Shown here one piece after another: positions 1-5,561 of a stretch of DNA of 45,907 nucleotides. The stretch is taken from NCBI GenBank assembly GCA_041658445.1, contig JBBAAB010000001.1, positions 1 to 45,907 on the forward strand. Direction: 5' to 3'. The DNA is from Thermoleophilia bacterium. GTDB taxonomy: Bacteria; Actinomycetota; Thermoleophilia; BMS3ABIN01. How positions within the stretch are numbered: position 1 is the first letter of the stretch; each line of letters begins with the position of its first letter. Under the pieces are notes generated by a model. The model was not told the origin of the DNA. It did not search any database and saw only the letters and a list, made by a program, of their open reading frames with translations. Position numbers and translations under genes: made by a program.

Positions 1-127
1 CTAGCGAACTCGCCGGCCAGCTCGCCATATGCGTCGCTTGGCCTGCCGCCGGGCTTGCCCGTATGTTCGGTGTACACCTCCACAAGAGCCGCGCGCGCCT
101 TAGAGGCCGCAAGCTCCTGCCGGCGTG
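1..127. repeat. Terminal direct repeat copy 1 (identical to 45781..45907); circular-closure overlap or terminal redundancy
   Basis: nt 1-127 read base-for-base identical to 45781-45907. Confidence 0.95.
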
Positions 128-317
128 CGTTGAGCTGGCCGGCACGCTGGCTGTCGCCTCTCATAATCCCCGTATTGGGAGCATAACCCGGGAGGAAGTG
201 TCCCTTACTGTCTCTGGGCATGAAGTGAGGATCAACGATAATAGGCCCTGCCGGGGAATTGGAGGTCTGGTCCGTGTCCTCGGTAGGTCTGGGCGCCTGC
301 GTGTCTTCGGTTGCCAT
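1..317 (-). CDS. 5' part of a wrap-around gene that continues 45780->45603; hypothetical, possibly small terminase or DNA-binding protein
   Basis: ATG at 317-315 is in frame with ORF 45603..45863 through the repeated segment. A promoter lies immediately upstream. The function is only a guess from its packaging-side position next to an HNH gene. Confidence 0.55.
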   Translation of the reverse strand, partial: MATEDTQAPRPTEDTDQTSNSPAGPIIVDPHFMPRDSKGHFLPGYAPNTGIMRGDSQRAGQLNARRQELAASKARAALVEVYTEHTGKPGGRPSDAYGELAGEFA

Positions 318-323
318 AGATGC

Positions 324-352
324 AGTCTACTCCTATTATGTCTAGTTGTCAA
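324..352 (-). promoter_or_regulatory. sigma70-like promoter giving a leaderless start at 317
   Basis: Sense strand reads TTGACA(352-347)-17 nt-TAGACT(329-324)-6 nt-ATG(317). Confidence 0.45.
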
Positions 353-786
353 GCCCACAGGGGCAATTGTTCGCCGTCGTCGTCTGGTATCAGCAACTCC
401 TCGTCAAGACCCTTGACGCTGGCAAGTGCAGCCACCAGTGCATCTACCCTTCGCTTGTCTGCCCGCGCACCCTTTGTCCTCTCACCCACAAGCTCCCGAA
501 ATAGGGCAAAGTCGCTCTTCTTCTTTGCGCGCAGCGGGTACTTGTCAAACAGCCTCACAATGGCCACAAGATCAGGGTGGCGGTAGAACCGAAGCCAGGC
601 GCCGCCGTTAGACTTGGTTAGCCGACCAAATCCGAGCAGGCGACGTATCTCGGCCAAAATGGGCCAGTCGTCCTCTCTCAGGTGAAGGGTAAACGACAGC
701 GTTATGCCGTTTCCGCTGGGGTATGCAGAGAAACAGCCCTCGCCGTCAGTAAATCCAGCCAGCCAATGTCCGAATTCGTCGTCCAT
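349..786 (-). CDS. LAGLIDADG-family homing endonuclease (single-motif, free-standing)
   Basis: N-terminal WLAGFTDGEGCF motif; 145 aa, a typical size; basic C-terminal half. Confidence 0.8.
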   Translation of the reverse strand: MDDEFGHWLAGFTDGEGCFSAYPSGNGITLSFTLHLREDDWPILAEIRRLLGFGRLTKSNGGAWLRFYRHPDLVAIVRLFDKYPLRAKKKSDFALFRELVGERTKGARADKRRVDALVAALASVKGLDEELLIPDDDGEQLPLWA

Positions 787-850
787 GCGCCCTCCGTCTC
801 CTTTACATTATACACCCGAATCTCTAATCCAACGTTCTAGGTTGTTCTGC

Positions 851-878
851 TTGACTTCCGCTAGAATGGGAGCATACT
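851..878 (+). promoter_or_regulatory. sigma70-like promoter for the plus-strand module 954-1940
   Basis: TTGACT(851-856)-16 nt-CATACT(873-878). It shares CTTGACTTYCSCTAGAATGRG with the promoter at 7658-7686. Confidence 0.4.
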
Positions 879-953
879 CTAATCAGACCTTACCAGGGAC
901 TTCTAGCGGAGTCCAAAGCCCAAGATACAGTCTGGGCCACAAGGAGAACGAAC

Positions 954-1217
954 ATGACCACCAACGCAACGCACACACCAGGACCGTGGAAGGCACAAAT
1001 CCGCAAGGTCGGCAGCCATGTAACAGGACCCTCCGGGTTCGCAGTCGCCCAAGTGGGCAAGGACGACGACGCCCGCCTGATATCCGCCGCACCCGAACTG
1101 CTGGCCGCCGCCCGCTATGCACTCATAACTCTGCGGATGGCTTGCGAGCACTTCCACGAGAAACCGGATGCAATCGGAGAACTTGAGTCTGCCATCAAGA
1201 AGGCCGAGGGCACATGA
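954..1217 (+). CDS. Hypothetical small phage protein (TPGPW ... ARLISAAPELL motifs)
   Basis: AAGGAGAA RBS 6 nt upstream of the ATG; ATGA overlap with the next gene. Confidence 0.7.
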   Translation: MTTNATHTPGPWKAQIRKVGSHVTGPSGFAVAQVGKDDDARLISAAPELLAAARYALITLRMACEHFHEKPDAIGELESAIKKAEGT

Positions 1218-1402
1218 CCGCCGTACCCCCACCCACGCTTTGCCCCAACACCAGCAAGGACATCATGTATTGCCCCTGCCAACGATGCGCCGACCACTGG
1301 CGCGCATGGGCAAAGGAAGCCGTCAAGCCGACCGTTGAATGGATACTTAGCGATACATCGGAGGACAAGAATTGTACGTTGGCGCCTGAGGGTATCAAAT
1401 GA
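1214..1402 (+). CDS. Hypothetical Cys-containing small protein
   Basis: ATGA start/stop coupling on both sides. Confidence 0.6.
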   Translation: MTAVPPPTLCPNTSKDIMYCPCQRCADHWRAWAKEAVKPTVEWILSDTSEDKNCTLAPEGIK

Positions 1403-1611
1403 CACCCTGCATTGACCCCCTGGACTGCGCAATTCGGACCATGCCGTACAAGATTAGAATCGGCAACCGAGTACTGGAGTATGACCCTCTCACAAGACTT
1501 ACACGAGAGATAACGCGTATTCCCAAACAAGAAGACAAGGGCTGGTACTTAGCTGACGGCCACTATCATTATGGCACTACCGTGGACTTGAAGCAGAGTC
1601 CGCACCCATAA
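1399..1611 (+). CDS. Hypothetical protein
   Basis: ATGA coupling with the upstream gene. Confidence 0.6.
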   Translation: MTPCIDPLDCAIRTMPYKIRIGNRVLEYDPLTRLTREITRIPKQEDKGWYLADGHYHYGTTVDLKQSPHP

Positions 1612-1625
1612 GGAGTCTGAGCAAC

Positions 1626-1940
1626 ATGACCAACCTCAAGGCCAGCATCCTCCTCTACCTGCTCCTCTGCGTCCAGGCAGCCGACTGGGGCACTACGGTA
1701 TGGATCATGTCCTTTGGGGGCGTTGAGGCCAACCCCATCATGGCGCCCCTGTTCGCCCTCTCCCCCTGGGTTGCCATCCTGCCCAAGCTTGCCATCGTAG
1801 CCGGCGTGACGCTGCTCTACCTGGCCGCCCGCAAGCAAGATAGACCTCTGGTTATGTGGGGCGTCGCCGCATCCGTCCTTGTGTCCATGCCGCCCGTAGT
1901 CTGGAACCTGATCCAGCTTTGGAATGCCGGGCTTATCTAG
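1626..1940 (+). CDS. Small multi-pass membrane protein (DUF5658-like: DWGTT...EANP)
   Basis: TAAGGAGTCTGAGC RBS context; three hydrophobic segments. Confidence 0.65.
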   Translation: MTNLKASILLYLLLCVQAADWGTTVWIMSFGGVEANPIMAPLFALSPWVAILPKLAIVAGVTLLYLAARKQDRPLVMWGVAASVLVSMPPVVWNLIQLWNAGLI

Positions 1941-2156
1941 CCCAACGGATGCGAGCTAAACTGCAATGCCGAGGGCGGCATAGGGGCACCCGTCGGCGTG
2001 CAACTTGCGCATCTCGAAGTATTCCGCCGTCGATGCCTGGGTACAATTCGGCCAGCAGAATCGGCAGGCGTGTACGTCCCCGTCCCACCAAGCCATTTCC
2101 AAAAGACGCATAGCCTCTAGCCGCCTGGCGTTGTCAGTTTCAGCGACTTGTTGGGC
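1940..2156 (-). repeat. attC-like site b4 (217 bp, long translated loop)
   Basis: Sense strand: GCCCAAC-AAGTC-GCT[G]AAACTG[A]C ... G CAGTTT AGC-TCGCATCC-GTTGGGC. AAACTG/CAGTTT covary. Confidence 0.7.
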
Positions 2157-2258
2157 GGCGTCGAGCCAATCAGCAAACTTCACAGCATGCACATGAATGT
2201 CGGGATCGCCCCGTTCCGAAAGATACTGCCTAAGCAAATCTCTATACCTGCCCATCAT
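1956..2258 (-). CDS. Cassette ORF b4, hypothetical Cys/His-rich protein
   Basis: GGAGAA RBS; the ORF runs through the attC arm and ends at the conserved TAG in the 3' arm (..IAV*). Confidence 0.65.
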   Translation of the reverse strand: MMGRYRDLLRQYLSERGDPDIHVHAVKFADWLDAAQQVAETDNARRLEAMRLLEMAWWDGDVHACRFCWPNCTQASTAEYFEMRKLHADGCPYAALGIAV

Positions 2259-2275
2259 TTCTCCTTCGGGCGACC

Positions 2276-2486
2276 GCCCAACGAGCTAAACTGCGAGCCG
2301 CCGTGCCATACAGGCTGGCTTCGGGCAACGATCATCGTAGGTTTGACACCCACAGTCTGGGCATGTCTTCAGGCGGCGCCCGCCGTGTGCGGCCAACTCC
2401 AATTCGCAGCCAGCAAGATGCCCGTTCTGGAACCCACACTCGGGGCAAATACTGAAGGCGGCGTCAGTTTCAGCGAGTTGTTGGGC
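2276..2486 (-). repeat. attC-like site b3 (211 bp, long translated loop, short 3' spacer)
   Basis: Sense strand: GCCCAAC-AACTC-GCT[G]AAACTG[A]C ... G CAGTTT AGC-TC-GTTGGGC. Confidence 0.7.
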
Positions 2487-2750
2487 GGCCAAGTCGGCAA
2501 TCCAAGTGGTCTCGTTCCCGCGCATCATCGCCGTCACAACTATGTCGAAGGCCTCTTTGCATGCCGGGCACGTCATGGACTGCTGAAATCTTACCGGCCT
2601 CCAAGCTTCAGCGAGTTGTTGGGCGGCGACATCATCTAACAAGGCCAACAAAGGCAACACCGGTATCAGGGCATTCCGAGAGTGCCGCGCAAGTGCCCTC
2701 TCTGCCCGAGTGCGAATGTCATCCAGGCCCTTCTGTGTTACGTACTTCAT
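2286..2750 (-). CDS. Cassette ORF b3, hypothetical zinc-ribbon-rich protein (CPAC, CPECG, CPDCGC)
   Basis: GAGGGAAC RBS; contains an orphan attC 5' arm plus the b3 arm in frame (AAQQLAEA.. twice). Confidence 0.65.
   Translation of the reverse strand: MKYVTQKGLDDIRTRAERALARHSRNALIPVLPLLALLDDVAAQQLAEAWRPVRFQQSMTCPACKEAFDIVVTAMMRGNETTWIADLAAQQLAETDAAFSICPECGFQNGHLAGCELELAAHGGRRLKTCPDCGCQTYDDRCPKPACMARRLAV
2603..2630 (-). repeat. Orphan attC 5' arm (R''+L'' only) inside ORF b3
   Basis: Sense strand: GTCGCCGCCCAACAACTCGCTGAAGCTT, with no partner 3' arm before the next 5' arm. Confidence 0.6.
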
Positions 2751-2776
2751 CGTTCCCTCATTCGGGCGTGGCGACC

Positions 2777-2865
2777 GTCCAACGGATGTGAGCTAAGCCG
2801 CTCGCCGAACCCCATCATTCGTGTCGTTGTCGCCAACAAGAGTCGGCTTCAGCGAGTTGTTATAC
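2777..2865 (-). repeat. attC-like site b2 (89 bp)
   Basis: Sense strand: GTATAAC-AACTC-GCT[G]AAGCCG[A]CTC ... GAG CGGCTT AGC-TCACATCC-GTTGGAC. Confidence 0.8.
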
Positions 2866-3044
2866 GGCAGCGCCCCGTGCTTGCGCGCATACCTATACTC
2901 GGCGTAATGAGATAGAACCACGTGCTCCCGCACGTCGTCTTCCCATCCCTCAAACCCACAGAGCACACATGAGCCCTTGGTCTGAAGCAGGCCGCCGTGC
3001 AGATTCTTAGCAATCCAAGCATCAATCCTCTGTCTGATCCTCAT
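2793..3044 (-). CDS. Cassette ORF b2, hypothetical protein
   Basis: AGGAGGAA RBS; ends at the TAG of the attC 3' arm (..RAA*); reads the 5' arm in a different frame (YNNSLKPT). Confidence 0.65.
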   Translation of the reverse strand: MRIRQRIDAWIAKNLHGGLLQTKGSCVLCGFEGWEDDVREHVVLSHYAEYRYARKHGALPYNNSLKPTLVGDNDTNDGVRRAA

Positions 3045-3066
3045 GCCATTCCTCCTGTGCGCTGCC

Positions 3067-3187
3067 GTATAACGGATGCGAGCTAAGCTGCCGGGCCTTT
3101 GGTGGCGAGGTAAGACGCCTTTGACTCGGCATCCCTCAATAGCCCCGCCAGCCGCTTGGTGCGGTCAGCTTCAGCGAGTTGTTCGAC
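3067..3187 (-). repeat. attC-like site b1 (121 bp)
   Basis: Sense strand: GTCGAAC-AACTC-GCT[G]AAGCTG[A]CCG ... CGG CAGCTT AGC-TCGCATCC-GTTATAC. Confidence 0.8.
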
Positions 3188-3310
3188 GGCGACTTCATCG
3201 CGCAGGCGCAGAAACTCCGCCGTGACCCGTTGTATGTCATCGACTCGCAGCGTGGCAACGAGCGCTATGCACCAAATCTTGTCGCGGCTTGCATCTCTAG
3301 GATCAATCAT
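3083..3310 (-). CDS. Cassette ORF b1, hypothetical protein
   Basis: GGAGGGAAC RBS then ATG at 3310; ends at the attC TAG (..PAA*). Confidence 0.65.
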   Translation of the reverse strand: MIDPRDASRDKIWCIALVATLRVDDIQRVTAEFLRLRDEVAVEQLAEADRTKRLAGLLRDAESKASYLATKGPAA

Positions 3311-3333
3311 CGTTCCCTCCATTCAGGCGTGGC

Positions 3334-3354
3334 GACCGTCGAACTAGTGATTCG
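3334..3354 (-). other. Array-leading junction AATCACTAG|TTCGACGGTCGCC (attI-like site or promoter remnant)
   Basis: The same 11-mer AATCACTAGTT heads array A at 5770-5791. Confidence 0.4.
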
Positions 3355-3388
3355 GCGTCAAAATCGACGCATATCTCGCTTCTCGGGC

Positions 3389-3700
3389 CTACTTTGCAAC
3401 TTGCTTTGTCGTCGCGTTCGCCCGCCTTCGCAGGGCGTCGTATGCCTCTTGTCCCATTCTCTCAATCACCCACTCGTAGAACAGCGTCGGATTCCCATGC
3501 GCCCACAGGTGGCACGCAAAACAGAGAGAGTAAGCGTTGTCTTCGTCCCACCTTACTGATTTGTTCCTGCGGCTGAACACATGGGCACAGTGCAAACCAG
3601 CATGTTTTGGCCCATAATACTTGTGACACCTCTCGCAGCCATGCCCGGCCCTGGCACGAATGAAGTCCGAGAACTCGGCGTCCCTCTTGTCGCGCTTCAG
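3389..3700 (-). CDS. NinG/Rap-like zinc-finger HNH-type protein; start codon unresolved
   Basis: FSDFIRAR..GCERC..HCAHVFSRR..N..LCFACH pattern. The conserved N-terminal part lies upstream of the first ATG/GTG/TTG (TTG at 3595). The frame is open only to 3736, with only CTG candidates (3700, 3724). Confidence 0.55.
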   Translation of the reverse strand: MKRDKRDAEFSDFIRARAGHGCERCHKYYGPKHAGLHCAHVFSRRNKSVRWDEDNAYSLCFACHLWAHGNPTLFYEWVIERMGQEAYDALRRRANATTKQVAK

Positions 3701-4005
3701 CGGTCTATCTCCCTCTGAAGCCAGCGAGGCAAATCCTCAAAGTCCTGATTTGGATCGCGCCACCACTCAATGAGTCTCCACACCAGCCCTGCCGCCTCCG
3801 CCAAGTCGTCCTCCGTCTCGGCCAACTGGCGGCGGGCGTCGTCGCGCTCGCGACGCGCCCACCACGCCTCACTCTTCAGGGCCCATCGTTCATATTCATC
3901 CATCTTCTCACTCCTTCCCCGCGTCCCGGTGCGGACAATGGTCTGCGAGTTGTCTACATGCGTGAACGCACGGTAGCCCTCAATCTCTGTCCGGTGGTCA
4001 TCCAT
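3697..4005 (-). CDS. Hypothetical Trp/Arg-rich protein
   Basis: AGGAGG RBS 7 nt upstream of ATG 4005; follows attC a5. Confidence 0.6.
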   Translation of the reverse strand: MDDHRTEIEGYRAFTHVDNSQTIVRTGTRGRSEKMDEYERWALKSEAWWARRERDDARRQLAETEDDLAEAAGLVWRLIEWWRDPNQDFEDLPRWLQREIDR

Positions 4006-4622
4006 CTTTCGCCTCCTGGCGACCGCCCAACGAGCTGAGCTGCCGGGCCTTTGCAGCGGCAACCGCTGAACATGCACAGCTTCTCTATGGGATGGTGCAC
4101 CGATCTGGGGTGCCCGGCATTGTCAGTTTCAGCGACTTGTTGGGCGGCGGGCTTCTCCTTGAGGGCGGCGCGGGCTTCGTCCAGTCTCATCAGCGCCAAT
4201 GTCGTCTCCGAGGCGTGGGGCCCAAGGTCGGACTCCAACTCCATGTAGGATTCAGCGGCCTTGCGGAACTTCCCCAGCGCCTCGATGCGGGCCACTAGCC
4301 AATCAACCTCCGTCAGCATTACTTCGTATGTGCCCGGCAGGGCCAGGCGATCCTTGATTGTTTGCAGGTTCATGGCTTCTCCTTTGAGGGCGGCACGAAG
4401 GGCGTCGAAGTCCTCTTCGGGAACCGCCACCCATCTGCCGATGAACTTCGGGTCATCGTAGATGATGACACTGCGCCTCAATTGTGCCACCTCCTCCAGC
4501 GCCTCGATGCGGGCTTCCAAGGCGGATACGGCAGCAACGGCCATCCACTTATGATTGCTCTCCCCAGCTACCTCGGCAGCATTGAAACAGTTTGCGACAA
4601 ACTCCGCTATCTTTGGTATCAT
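3954..4622 (-). CDS. Hypothetical coiled-coil protein with a C-terminal Cys/His module; reads through attC a5
   Basis: ATG at 4622. The usual TAG in the attC 3' arm is CAG here, so the ORF runs 24 codons further and overlaps the next gene start. Confidence 0.55.
   Translation of the reverse strand: MIPKIAEFVANCFNAAEVAGESNHKWMAVAAVSALEARIEALEEVAQLRRSVIIYDDPKFIGRWVAVPEEDFDALRAALKGEAMNLQTIKDRLALPGTYEVMLTEVDWLVARIEALGKFRKAAESYMELESDLGPHASETTLALMRLDEARAALKEKPAAQQVAETDNAGHPRSVHHPIEKLCMFSGCRCKGPAAQLVGRSPGGERWMTTGQRLRATVRSRM
4025..4145 (-). repeat. attC-like site a5 (121 bp, Cys/His-module loop, short 3' spacer)
   Basis: Sense strand: GCCCAAC-AAGTC-GCT[G]AAACTG[A]C..GCCGGGC ... GCCCGG CAGCTC AGC-TC-GTTGGGC. 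Confidence 0.7.
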
Positions 4623-4625
4623 CCT

Positions 4626-4913
4626 CTACTCCTTCCCTGCGAGGGCGGCAATGTACGCGTCCTTCTCGTCCGCCGTCATGCCCTCATACGGGTTGCAAGC
4701 CGGGCCATTCCCCTCGACTTGTTGGGCGGCGAGAGCCTCCGGAGAGCCGCAATACGGGCAGAACGACACGGAATCCTGCATCATCCAGTCTGATGCCTCA
4801 GCCTCTTTGCAGGAGGCCACAAACGGGAGGGCCAACACCACATAGCCCATGTCGCAGTTGCCACACACCACAACCGGGAACTCATACGGGATGTGCAATT
4901 TCATCGTTGTCAT
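4626..4913 (-). CDS. Cassette ORF a4, hypothetical Cys-rich protein with an orphan attC R'' relic
   Basis: GAGGAGAG RBS; an internal CGCCGCCCAACAAGTCGAGG relic (4714-4733) is translated as AAQQVE. Confidence 0.6.
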   Translation of the reverse strand: MTTMKLHIPYEFPVVVCGNCDMGYVVLALPFVASCKEAEASDWMMQDSVSFCPYCGSPEALAAQQVEGNGPACNPYEGMTADEKDAYIAALAGKE

Positions 4914-4939
4914 TCGCTCTCCTCACGGGCGTGGCGACC

Positions 4940-5065
4940 GCCCAACGAGCTGAGCTGCCGGACTCACCACTCGCCAGGCATATCGTCAATGTAGCCCTCA
5001 TCAATGACGTGTTCAAGCATCTGCTTTGCAATTGAAGGCCGGTCAGCTTCAGCGAGTTGTTCGAC
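4940..5065 (-). repeat. attC-like site a3 (126 bp)
   Basis: Sense strand: GTCGAAC-AACTC-GCTGA[A]GCTG[A]CCGG ... CCGG CAGC TCAGC-TC-GTTGGGC. Confidence 0.75.
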
Positions 5066-5182
5066 GGCGAGGCGTCTGGCAACTCTAAACCCAGCCATAA
5101 ACCCGACGCGATGCTGATCTCGCCACCCGCGGCGCCCGGCCTGGCGCTTCCACCATTTGTCAAACTCTTCTGTTGCGGGCAT
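4964..5182 (-). CDS. Cassette ORF a3, hypothetical protein
   Basis: ATG at 5182; reads through the 5' arm (AVEQLAEAD) and stops in the loop. Confidence 0.6.
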   Translation of the reverse strand: MPATEEFDKWWKRQAGRRGWRDQHRVGFMAGFRVARRLAVEQLAEADRPSIAKQMLEHVIDEGYIDDMPGEW

Positions 5183-5205
5183 TTCGCACTCCAGTTAGTG
5201 GCGCC

Positions 5206-5335
5206 GTTGAACGGATGCGAGCTAAGCTGCCGGGCCTTTGCAGCGGCATCCGCTGAACATGCACAATTTCTCCGTGGGATGATGCAATGATGGGGGGTGC
5301 CCACATTGGCAGGCCCGGTCAGCTTCTTGTTGGGC
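5206..5335 (-). repeat. attC-like site a2 (130 bp, Cys/His-module loop)
   Basis: Sense strand: GCCCAAC-AAG-AAGCTG[A]CCGGGCC ... GGCCCGG CAGCTT AGC-TCGCATCC-GTTCAAC. Positions 5210-5325 are a perfect inverted copy of 10798-10913. Confidence 0.8.
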
Positions 5336-5449
5336 GGCGAGACCGCGGGCATAGCCCGCCTCGAATCCCTTGCGAGAATCAAACTTGTTTGCGTCCTGAT
5401 CCACCTCGGGACTCAGCCACCACTTCTCGAACTCGCTCATCTCGGGCAT
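5222..5449 (-). CDS. Cassette ORF a2, hypothetical protein ending in module RACQCGHPPSLHHPTEKLCMFSGCRCKGPAA
   Basis: GGAGACGAGG RBS; ends at the attC TAG. Confidence 0.65.
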   Translation of the reverse strand: MPEMSEFEKWWLSPEVDQDANKFDSRKGFEAGYARGLAAQQEADRACQCGHPPSLHHPTEKLCMFSGCRCKGPAA

Positions 5450-5472
5450 TTCCTCGTCTCCTTCGGGCGACC

Positions 5473-5561
5473 GTCCAACGGATGTGAGCTAAGCCGCTCG
5501 GCTAACCCTCTTCGACCTGGAACCGCGCTTGGGCCGAGTCGGCTTCAGCGAGTTGTTAGCC
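5473..5561 (-). repeat. attC-like site a1 (89 bp)
   Basis: Sense strand: GGCTAAC-AACTC-GCT[G]AAGCCG[A]CTCGGC ... GCCGAG CGGCTT AGC-TCACATCC-GTTGGAC (15 bp stem, 2 bulges). Confidence 0.85.

Larger units (their letters stand above)
1940..3344 (-). mobile_element. Integron-like cassette array B (4 cassettes, b1-b4), no integrase
   Basis: Four ORF+attC-like units follow the junction AATCACTAG|TT at 3344|3343. Confidence 0.75.

Noticed and set aside
1929-1943. GGGCT-TATCT-AGCCC hairpin at the convergence of the plus module and array B as a bidirectional terminator
   Set aside because: It has only a 5-bp stem with no flanking T or A tracts, which is too weak to call.
2777-2865. Inter-genic hairpins as Rho-independent terminators or RNase III processing sites (T7-style)
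   Set aside because: No T-tract follows any hairpin. RNase III processing cannot be excluded. It does not, however, explain the RYYYAAC/GTTRRRY boxes, the bulge pattern, or the cassette-specific complementarity across each gene.
1940-5561. The regularly recurring repeats might be a CRISPR array
   Set aside because: The units are imperfect palindromes with variable loops, not identical direct repeats. The 'spacers' are 200-700-nt ORFs with RBSs. No cas genes are present.
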